A stretch of DNA of 64,000 bases from Fimbriosthenelais zetlandica (Eukaryota). Shown here piece after piece: positions 22,920 through 34,900 of this stretch. The notes below the pieces were generated by a model. The model saw only the letters and a program-made list of their open reading frames with translations, ran no database searches and was not told where the DNA came from. Made by a program: the position numbers and the translations under genes. Position 1 is the first letter of the stretch; every line of letters starts with the position of its first letter. The DNA lies in contig OZ365110.1 in the NCBI GenBank assembly GCA_977030845.1, forward strand, positions 35,650,001 through 35,714,000. Reading direction: 5' to 3'.

Positions 22920-25900
22920 ATGAGTTTTGAGAGTCCAGATGTTGAGAAGGAATTCCCCGGGCTCTATGCCTCACAGGGACTTGATCCTGATCGTGAGTAT
23001 TTACATATAAAACTGCCGGTGTTGACGCCTAGTGACAGAGATACAAGTTTTGGAGTGAGAAGCATTTTCTCTCGATCTATGGCTTTCTCCTTAAAAGCTA
23101 ACGCATCATTTTCTTCTTTCAGGAAAGTTTAGCTTCTGCTTTGCTCGTATCACTAATACATGTACTAGACAAAATCTAGTTCCGATTTTGTCATCTACTC
23201 ACTATAAATACAAGACCTTTGAATTGTGAACTATTGTTTCTTAATTGCAGATAGTTTAATTTCATTGTAATTATTTTCTGAGGTGTAAAGAAGGTTGCAG
23301 TACCAAATGATCGTGGTAGTTTAATAATCAGTTGTTTTCTTCGCCTTTGTTTCTGGGAGAGTCACAGTAGTTAATATTGCACACTGTGAGAAAATATTTC
23401 TAGCTTGTTCACTGTCACGGCTGTCATTCATAGAAATTGTTGTCCCTCTTTTATTTGACGCTGATTACTTGTAGTTTTCACATTTTCCCCGTTTATTATT
23501 GCATGTTTATACTGCATACTTCCTCCCAGTGTATGTTTATTTGCATTTTAACAGCAAATTTCACCATACATTCCAATTATAAATTATTTTTTTGCATGTT
23601 GGATTCTCATCATCAATTTAGTTTGGCTCGAGATAATTTATCGAATATTTAATTCAAGCCGCATTAATTCAAGCACAAATTATTGGTTAGATGTCAACCT
23701 TCAAATGTCATGAGTTATAATTTGCAATATAAAGTAGATTTTTCTTTTATATACCTGCCTTAATGTGGCATGAATCCATTGGTTACTCCTGAAGCATAGG
23801 TCTATAGATATACACAAAAACATGCATGCCTTTATATTTTAGCCTTTGCATGTCACAGACTTAAGAAGTTTTTTATGGGAAATATATTTTGGGAAATTAA
23901 GTCAATTATTTTCACTATTTTAAATGTGGTAAATATTAAATGTAACTATTTTATTTCGGTCACCTGTAAGATTATGGAATCTTGAAACCAGGTAAAATCC
24001 TCTTTTTTAGTCTTTGAATCCTCTTGTCACATCTTATGATATTCCATTGTTAATTGTGTGATTTCAGTTTCGGAGGAGGAAGAGAGGTCAACGAAAAAGA
24101 GGGACTCGAAAAGCAGGGAGAAAAAACGTGACCGGAAAGATAAAGGATACAGGATGTTCGAGGAGGAGGATTCGGAGGAGGAACTGGTCATAGACGACAC
24201 CAGGTAAATGATCAACTGTTAATATCCAACTCTTATTCTGGTGCATAGAATTATTTTAACTTATGACCAACCGAAATTTTATTCTATGTATGTGATGGTG
24301 TGGTATGCTGCATGGCTCATCCGACATTTATTATCGGTACTGGCCTTGCTGTTTAGGTTGATTATACACAGATTTATAATTTATACATACCGTAATGCAA
24401 ACCTAAACATTCTTTTTTCCTTGTTGTGATTCACTCTCATCTGTTTAACCCTATGAAACCTGTATATTAACCAGCCTATTCCTCAGGTGAGGAAAGTTTA
24501 TTGGAATTCCAACTTCCAGTTGATGATCATAGGTTAAACATCAATTAAATATTTAGGATGATTGGAAATATTTCACATATATATATATATATCCTATGAA
24601 ATTTAAGAATACGTGCATATAAATGGATGGAAGAATTAACCCCTTCTCTCCCCCTCTCATACGGTGACACCATTAACCATTCCCTCACCATATCCTCCAC
24701 CATCCTTTCCCCAATATGCAAAAGCTGAGCAGCTGGTTCTATTGATCTTTTAACCACTGCCGTACCTTGTATACTGACACACTGAGCCACTGCTTAGGTT
24801 CCCACATTTTACCCCAGGTGTCCCCACGCTAGTGAATAGCCTAGCCCGAGTATCTCCCTGTATCTCTGATTCCTGGAGTCAGAGTAGCTCTGTTCTGCAG
24901 GTTTACCTATACTTGCCGACTCATTCAGTCAAGAGCAGAGGAGCCTGGAGAGAGCTTCACTGTCCAGGGGGTAAAACGCTATGACACAGTCAGTTTCGAG
25001 CACCCTAACCTTCTCCATTTCCACTGCCCAAGGCCATTATTAACCGTAACAGAAGCTGGGGTGTATGCAGAAATCTTCACTGGGGGTAAAAAAATCTTCA
25101 TTGGGGGGAAAATCTATGCATCACAATGTGCATCTATGTATCACAGCGTGTAAACGCTAAGCACTTACACAATCTTGAACTGTAGTTGATTGAACCCCGC
25201 CTACTAACCCTAATTTAGTAATTACAATACAACTAGAACATCAGTGGTGCGTGAAGAATGTTTCAAAGGGGTAAAAACCTATAACACACTCAGTTTCGAA
25301 CACAAAATATTATCTGTCATATTTTACTTATTGATCATGTCAAAGTTTCCTTTGTAAATTTCAAAGGCCAAGATGTTTTCCTCTGAGAAAGGGAGAGGTG
25401 GCAGGTGCTACGAGCAATGATTGATATCCCATAAGGGACCTACCGACACGTCCCTAACTTCTCTACTGGAAATCACTAGCAGGAGAATCTAGAACTCAAG
25501 CTTAAGATTTCTTTACATACACAGTCACATAGCCATCGGCCCATAATTGGAGATTGCATAGAATGCATCTCCTGGCACCTATGTACAATTTAATCGACCG
25601 TTTCCCTCATTCACTGGTTTAATTGATGGCATACATACTTAGAAGCATCATAGGGCCTATAGCTATATGATGTATATCAGTTGAAACCTTTATATATAAT
25701 ACAAAAGACTTTTGAAGACAAAAATCCCAATTTCCAAGCTGATATCTGAATGGAATCTTTTCAACTGTAAGCCTTATTCCTTATTCAGTATGAATCTTTT
25801 TCGCCCATCTATAATGTTCAATACAATGTATTGTATTCTCCCTGGAGACACTTACATGGACGGGTCCTTCTGGGAAACACTAATCCTTAATTCATAATCC

Positions 25901-28900
25901 TTGAAGGTGTGTTTCAACAGCACATTCACTCTCCTTCATCACTCCCTTACTTCCTTCAAGAGCCCTGAGTTGCTCCCTTGCGAGCAAATAAGTAAAATTG
26001 ATTTAATACGCTCCAATTAAGGGCTGGTGAACAGTGCCATAATGGATAGAACCTATTATACGGCCAATTATGGGACCTATTATCTGGCCAACAGGCGAGG
26101 CAAGTTGGAACTGGTTGCTGCATGGTTTTTTAGCCTTTCTAGGCCTCGTATCTATAACTCGTTACCATTCATATATCGTTCACCTATCTTAAAACATGAC
26201 GTTAATATGCCGTATAGCATCCCCAGCTTCATTAAAGGAAAGTGTTTACACCTATAAGCTAGGCTCGTAAACTTGTCTGATCTGATGCCTCAGGCAGTTT
26301 ACATGTCATTATAATAAGTGAACCATGGACTTTTTTAATTTATACTCTATTAAGTAATACTCGTCCATTTCTTATGTGATTGTTAAATTTTCTTATAAAT
26401 TGCCCACTTCAACATCTGTGGAAAGTTGAATTGTCCACATTGATGGGAGGAGAGGAGTTGGATAGAACACAAGGTGTTTGGCCTTATCCCAAGAGCTAAA
26501 TATGAATGATCAAACGTCATGGGGATATTTGAAAAGTGCGTTGCCATTATTTGCCTTGTCTGACCTTTACCATTCCCCTGATTGATTGTCCTGTGGTGCT
26601 TCTAATCTTTCTCACTCTGCCAGGCCGTCTTCTAGTCACACACACCATCATGACATTCAGATAGTATTTTCATACCAGACATTGGCCACCGCTTATCCCA
26701 TCTTCCAGTCTCCAAAGAAAAACTTCTTCACAGTTTTTTGTAACCCTCTCAGAATTTGTCATTCAGTACATTTTGCCTTTTAATTCAATTAGCTACTTTG
26801 GACTAGGAATGACATTCGCATTTTATGCCATACATAAGCTCGCATGCTTCAAGAACATCTGAACCATGTTGGTTGGTTCTGGCTTCACCATATGCAGGGT
26901 GACCTTTGAGCCGTTCCAACAGCATTTTTTCTTCTCTTTTTTTTCATTTGGAGGTGTGATATACATGGACACATGCCAATCGCAATCCTCAGTGCTCGAA
27001 TTACCACACATTGCCATCATGCAACAAACATGAACAATAAATGCCAACTGCTGGCTGTCAATGTAACTGCTTAATCTGAATTATTGAAGCTATAGGGAGA
27101 ACTGATTAAATAGCTGGCCCTCTCATCAGCTGCCTCTCATGCAATCCCCTCTTTACCCTGTGATGAGTGTTCCCACATAAGTTGTCAGGTCTCTTTTCAA
27201 AATTTATTCTTCCATTAACACTTCTATGTATCCCCTACTCGGAGACAAATACATGTAGATCTTCATCCAATAAAGGAAGTTCTATTCACTGGGAGTTTAT
27301 TGGACTTTCCAGTGTTATGATAATTCCCAATGACCCCTGGGCATATACACGTAGTATCACAATGTTTTTCTGCTGATTGTGATACAAGTGTAGTTTGATT
27401 GTCACACCATGGGGAAATCATCTGCCATGTCCAACCAAGAACCTCGACTGATTCTTCCCAATGATTCCATGTATACAACAGGGAAGTGGAAGTGAATTAG
27501 AGTGAGACTGTGGAAAGCACAACTTCCTTATCTATTCCAGTTGTAATTTGACATTTAAAATACATAAAATACATTGATAAATACAAAGTGTCAAATTCTC
27601 TCATGCAGGGTTTTCTCCTCCTAAATATTGCATCATTTAGCTTCATCCTTCCGTACTGGACCAATGCTTCTTTCTTTTAAGAGCAGTTGGTCCACCATTT
27701 TAAGGCTCAATTCCTTGTGTACATGGAAGTAAACTGGAGATTGCTTGGGTGACTGACCAATTTACCACAGATAGTAGTACTAGTAGACTTGCTGCTGCAC
27801 TCTGCATCTTTGGCTGGTTGCTTGGCTGTGCAGAGCGAAGCTCTCACTTCTATACTACTGCTCCTCCTCCTCCTCCTCCTCCTCTCCCTCCTCCCCCTAA
27901 CACCAACCAGCACTGATTCACTGGGACAAAACCATCGACCTAGTCAGTCACACGCTCCCCACTCTCCTCCTCCACATGCTGTGCTGGAAGCATAACAAAA
28001 GCAAGACAGAAGAACAGAAGGAGGTGCAGGGCATGGGGATCCATCCCATGGACGTTTCTCTTACTGCAGTAAAAGAAGTGGAAGTGGAAATCTGTGAATC
28101 AATCCAACGGATGGGATATAGTTCAGACTGACTATGTTATCATTCCATTTCTCTATGGACATGGCCTTCCAGGTTATTTTATTTATATGACCGTCTAAGA
28201 AGGTCAATATCACGTCCACACTGGGAATACTTCCCTCTCTTATTGACCCATCCCAATCCTCATGGAACTAACTTAATGGGAGGAACCAGTGTGAAAGCAT
28301 CTGATAGTATTCTCTGTGCCCACTACCGGATCAAGCTATCGACCATGGCATTGAATATGACTAAACTTTGAAGCCTTTCCACATGAACAGTCCATATGAT
28401 CCCTGGAATTGATCTCTGGGATCTTTTCTAGTTTGTTTTTCAATTTTCTATACGCACAACCCAGACCAAGTCGGATTATTACCTCCAGTATTCACCATGT
28501 ATTGTCTACGCAGCAGGTAGGTACATCAGTATAGTGTACTTCCTATATTATCAATCCATGTTCGGGACATTTTCCAGTGCATGTAAAATCTCCATATACA
28601 AAATCACACCAATATTCCAATCCAATGTGATGTAGACCCTATATGAACAAGGGAGCTTTTTGCCGCTTGCTTAATGGGATAGTTAAGCTGGACGTACCAG
28701 CGTTTATGGTCCTCAGTATACTTTTAGAATAAGGCAGACGAACATATATGGCAAACTCCTATACCAGACTGAGTGGTTGGGGTACTCCATGACTTGGTCC
28801 AATATTGACCACTATATTAGAAAATCGCGTGATCGCATCAATTCCATACCTGAACACTTTTAAGATCTTAAGCCACTATTTTCCCCTCTAAGCGCTGGTG

Positions 28901-31900
28901 GATTAATTGAAGGTTGAGCGCTGTATCAGATTTGACAAGCTAAATTTACTGATGACAGATTAATCCAGTGGATCTTTAATAAGGTAGCTGAATGCTTAAA
29001 AACCAGGTAATGTAAGGTGTGCATGCTATAGCTATAGATGGGAAAATATGACCCATTGGGATGTGACAGGTGCGTTTTACCTTTAGTTAGTCTGCTACAG
29101 GTAATATTCTATATAAATCAGGATATCATTACAGGCAAAACTGAGATCTAGACCAAATGTCTTCCAAATGTATGATTTTTGAAGCAGAAACATTATGAGG
29201 GGTCATATTATGTTCACGGTGAAAGTATTTTAGTCAGTGATTATTATCTGTAGACATGTATATTCTACTGTCCACTATGTCGTAGTTTGGACATTCACAT
29301 GCTGTCCAACACGGCCCTGGATCATGAAACAGCTGTTTCTACCCAGTACACTACATCCATTAATACAAATTTTGGCCAGGTTTCCTGCTATTTAGGACCT
29401 GAATATTGTCTTTTACCTTTTCTATGACTCATATGTACATTATAGATTGGTAGCCAACATCTCTCTTCATTGCTCCTTCCCCTGCCTTTCTGGCTAGAAT
29501 CCTGGTCCATAACTCGTTTAAAGCCTTGGCAATATCGATTTCTCTCTGCATAAGAGTGGGGAAAGCTTCAGTCCCTTTCTTCATAAGGACATGGAAAAGG
29601 GGGCCGGGGGAAAACATGGTTCCCGATTGCCATCAGTGGTTGGTGATACACTGCTTTGAAGGAAATTAATCAAAATGAAATTCAGATTAGATTCGTTCAT
29701 CATAATTGTTTTTCATTAATGCCCTGTGTCACGACCAAATATTTGTTTTCAGTACAGAAACCTTTAAATCTATTTTGGACGCCAATTGTTCTGATGGATC
29801 CGGATCGTGCGTTTGAATATATCTGAATTGGTTTCGACATAATAGCCTGAACCCACTGAGCTACGATCTCCCTACAATCTGCTTTACGATCCAATTACGA
29901 TTCAAAATTTTAAAAGTAGGTGGAATGAACCTACTGGAAAAGTATGTGGAATAACCCTACGTTAATGTTCCTGTGTCCTCCTTTTTTTTCATTGACCAGA
30001 ACACTCTGCGTTCTCATTTTGATCATGTTCAAGCAGATCGTAGGGAGATCGTAGCTCAGTGGGTTCAGGCTATAAATGTGCCAATATTGGCCACTTTAAT
30101 CCTGAAAGTTTGGAAATCAGTTAAAAAGTTTTGGGAGAATTCATTTCCTGTAGACAGAAGCCTTATACCAATCTCCTAGCTCTATCTGCTGTTTACTTGG
30201 AACCCCCGGGATTGCACTGTACATGGGGGCAGTACTCACAATCTAATGAAACTCTCATTTAAATTATCCGATGAAATGAAGAATGGGCCATTTGAATCCC
30301 TTTGTGGGTAAAGTTAATTAAGGTTCAGATGAACCTGCTTGTTTTCATTTTCCACCGCCACAAACAAGATCATGGCCATGACCCCGAGGGCTTTAAATTG
30401 GAACCCTGAAGGAGGGATGGAGAAGGAGGTGTGTGTGTGTGGGGGGGGGGGGGGGGGGGACTATAATTCCAGCATACATAGGCCTACAAAAATACATGAA
30501 TATATTTTTTTTTAAACCTATATTCTACTTGAGGTAATTTCTAATTTTATTTAAAATTTAAATTCTTCTGACTCATGTTTAAAAATCTAAAATGTTTATA
30601 AATAGACATTTTTTATAAAGATTTTAGATTTTTTGTGATCCCATTTTCTGTCATATCACACATCCAGGAAATGGGATCACACCTCCAGGCAAGCTGAGAA
30701 GGCTGTATATACTGCCAGGGTAACCCCTATACTCGGAGTGCTTTGAAATCAGAAACATGGCCTTTCTCCCAGATAATGCTGCCCTCCATCTGCCTTGGGG
30801 GGCGAATACTCGTTTTAAAAGCATCGATTCTGCACTTTGTTCTTTGTTCTCAGTCGTTGAAGACCCCCATATCCAATCTCCTCAAAGCATGCGAGGCCAT
30901 TGCACTGCCTCCCCCTACAGAAGAACAGATATCTGAGATCACCAGGGAGGACACTTCAATAGGAAATTCAGTTCAATGCCTATAAATTGAGACAGATCCA
31001 ATCAAGATCTGAATTGTGAAGCATTCAACTGGAATTTTCATTGGATTTTGATTCCCAAATGGCTAGATGTTTTAAAAGAATATTGTCAGTGGTAGTAATG
31101 GATGCTTTGCTGGGCTGTTTCTATGCTGTTATGAGGCGGTATAATTGTGGGAAGCAGACAGATGGATGGATGGGTTAATCCATCCAGGGTTAGCCTGCTG
31201 GGATAAGCCAAATCTCCAGGCAGAGATAAACACGGCTTTACATAATCTTAACTCAATACTTAACCCCTGAACCAAAACAAGATTAATATTTTAATTTCTG
31301 ATCAGGACTTCGTTTATTTTTATTATTACAGTGAGTAAGAGTTTGTTAACAGTCCTTATTGATATAATAAGTTCTTTCATCTTAAATTTTCAGAAAATTT
31401 AAGATACCTTTTATAACTTAAGCTGACCGATGCAATGCCCATGCAGTATATAGCTGAATAAAAAAACCTTTCTGGGTCAGATCAATATGTTACACTAGCC
31501 ATGCACCACTTTGATGTTATTGAGTTTTGGTTTTCTATTTCCGTAAAATGTTTAGCTATAATTTGATATATTATATGAGGGGTTTATTTTGGTCGAGGTT
31601 TTTGGCGTGAAATTATATTATATAAAGATATGTCAGAGGAGCCCGATCTTTGAGAATTAAAAAGTTTTAATGTAATTCCTTGTATTGGTTTCAAATTTTC
31701 CCCATAGATCCTAGGGCAGTGTGGAAACGTAAAGAATATTTAGTAGATTCGCAATTTAATCTCTTAATGAGAAATTGTTTTAATGTATTGCCTATTTGTC
31801 GTATGTTGAGGATCGTATATAGAGAGAATATATAAAGAGTTCTAAAATTAATTGTAAAACCTTGGTATTCGATGGATGAAACGTTGATCAGTTATATACA

Positions 31901-34900
31901 GAGCTGTGTCTGGCCCGCTATAATAACTCTATCCATCTCTCTGTTCTGTAGAGTTTGGGTCAGAAAGGTCATTGGATGACATGTAGGACTGGTCCACTTG
32001 ATTAAAACAATACACTCACCCCTGTTATCCAGGAAACAACCTGATGGAAGAATATATATGAACGCCATATTATATAGCCTCTGGGGGCCTGGAGGCAACA
32101 TATTCTGACACCTTCAATGTTTTATCTTTGACGTTCTCTCCTTGTAGGCTATTAATGAATATATCAGTTAGGAAGGTAACATTTTATGAATAAATCTGGC
32201 CGTTTTTCAGTGTCCAGCCACAGGGTTCCCAGTGACTCGGGAAAACAGGGAAAACCTGGAAAATGACAGGGAAAACTCAGGGAAATTAGGAAAAATTTCA
32301 ACACTGACTCAGGAGGATAATCCCATGCCCGCCACTGAAGTTCTGAGTGCTTCATATGGCTAAAATATCTCATGGAATATGTTTATGGAATGAATATGGA
32401 ATGGGCTTACTCACATCAGGGAGAACGCAGGGAATTCTGTTTTCATGAACTGCTAGGAACCCTGATTTTGCCATTATTTGAATGAATGGAACCGGTTCTA
32501 TAGCGTATACTGGGGCCAAGTCGTACCCGTTTCCCTGATTAAATGCAGCACTTTGATGAGGCCATTCAAGGAGTACTCAACCCTATATGTTGTCTTTGTC
32601 AAGCATGTGGTTGCTTACTCTATCAGTCAGGTAGGCCACTGATAGGTTCTCTCTCTAACTCCAGCTCTAATAGAAATATATTGACTGGTGGAGGGGAGGA
32701 TGGGGTAACAAGCGGGTGAATGTATAATCAACCTCCTCTCTATACAGGAACCTGGCTTTACTTCCCATTTCTATATACTACTAAGCTCGCCCCCAATAGG
32801 CGCCTTCTACCAGCACAGAATACCAAATTAAGATGAATGTCAGGCGAGGGATTTACATTACTGGCTGGAATATTTGAAGGGATTAAGTGGAGGGATGTGC
32901 TTCGTCATATTTACTCGTGCTGATTAAACTTGCATTTCTTCGAGTTTTGCGTCTGATTATCCCCTCTAAAATGGAATGAGCAATATTATATTTTATTATT
33001 ATTATTTATTGTACCGGATTTATATAGCGACCTTTTCATGTACCGTATAAAACCTACTCAAAGGCGCTTAACATAGAATAGAATAGGCTGAAGTAATAAA
33101 GGCGTATAAAATGAAATACCTTGAACATGGCAAACCAACAGTAAAAAATAGACAATACAGACACCCGTTGGCTCCAATTCTGTTTTTAATTTACCTTTAT
33201 AAGTTGATATACAGAAGCAATTCAATATTATTTATCATTTTTTTATGAGTCATCCCCTAGATTATTGCCTGTTATCTGGCCTCCCTGGTCCAATGTTCAG
33301 AGCCAGCCTCAAACAAATAAGCTTCAATGGGACCATAAAGATATCATCTGGATCAAGGTTTATGGCTTAACAATGAGGGCAGTCTCTATATTCACTGTGT
33401 TAGCGACTGTTTTTCTTGCCTTACCGTCCATAAATCATCTTAATGTGAGCTTTTTACCAAAGTACCGCTTCATTTTACTTTCACTATATTATTTTGTCTA
33501 TAATGTTGAATATTATAAAAATAATAGAAAATAATACTGTTTGATCTAAAAAAAGAAGCACTGTCGACTTAATATCATAGACATAAATCAATTGATTCTA
33601 GGTCTATATTTATTATATAATGGTTTCTTCATAGAGTGAAGCTGTTAGATTATTGATTTTTGCCAGCTATTGTGGACCCACAATTGCTATATGTGCGCTG
33701 CTTTACATTTCTAATCATATCACTTTGTTCTGTATTTGAGTGATTCGCTGATTATAGGCAACAATAGCTGAATAGTGAGTGAAACCAGAAAATTACTAGT
33801 AGAAAAGGTTGTCTGTAATCCGAGACCGATAAAAGCTTTGTGATATGAGCCCCGATGGAGCCCTGAAGGCCTTCTCTATTCAACCCGTGTAAAGGGCCAG
33901 GTCTTGCACTATCCTATCCAGACCTTTTCCACTGATTAGAATGTCACCAATAAATTGCCGACTATGTATGTTCACTCGCTGCTTATCGACCGGCCAAATT
34001 TAAACCAGCCTGGCTTCACTTTTTGCCTTTGCCTCATGAAGGTTTCCCTGATGGAAGCCAAACTGCCCGCGGCCAATTGGGTTTTGCTGCTGAACGCGTG
34101 TAGCTAGAGTAACCTAAGCTAAGCCCCCTAACCCCAGTGGGTGGGGGCTCTCCCCCGGAAAGTTAACGCGGGTGTGCCACGCAGCTGTCCGTATGATGGC
34201 CGAAGAGTATACCTCTTAGAGGGATAAAATACCACTCCAACAGTATACCAAACATACAGTGTAACCCCCAACACCCATCTCTGCTCCCAATTAGATTTTT
34301 ATTGGAGGCCGTGGCTCGGTTTCAGGCAAACAAAAGTATGTTAATTAACACATGTAGTTGTTGTGTAAAAGATGGTATCTATTTCCTAAAGGGCGGCACG
34401 TCCCTAGGGACCATCATAGAGAGAGATCCCCCCCCTTCTGGGGCCCCAAATACTGGCCATACTGTCTGTCTGGTGTTTTAAGGCACATGATGAAGGCTGT
34501 ATTTTCAGCTGGGGGTACTAGCCTTGAATCAATGATCTGTCATATATTATTGGCTTGCTTCTTATAGACGTGCTTCTCCTGGGGATGAAGGAGCAGTTTT
34601 GACATGTAAAGATCTCCAGTTAGTGGCCGGTGACTCGCTATTAATACAAGAAGACATCCAGGAGCTGGCCCTGGAGTCTCTTGGGAAAAGGCTTATGCCG
34701 GACCCACACAGAGGCGATTTGCCCAAGGGATGCAGAACGATAGTATATATTTCTAGTCACACCCAATGCTTGTAATTTTGTCAGTGGTTAGGCCACATTT
34801 TTTTTATTGTTTGGTTCGCGGACCCGCCGACAAAACTTTTTGAAAAATAGAAAGAAAAAAATGTATTTTTCTGGCATTAGCGGATCCGCCGACGTTAGAT

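Noticed and set aside
26500-27500. Possible decayed RTE-type LINE endonuclease (minus strand NIVILRVYAQ; GEARTNQHGSDVLEAC)
   Set aside because: The motifs resemble 'IIQVYAP' and 'RNENG..LL.FC', but the spacing (~450 nt) is too long, no GDFN motif was found and the frames are broken; not supportable without a search.
29429-29617. Minus ORF with kinase-like REIDIAKALN
   Set aside because: Lies out of order relative to the other kinase-like motifs and has no catalytic motifs nearby.
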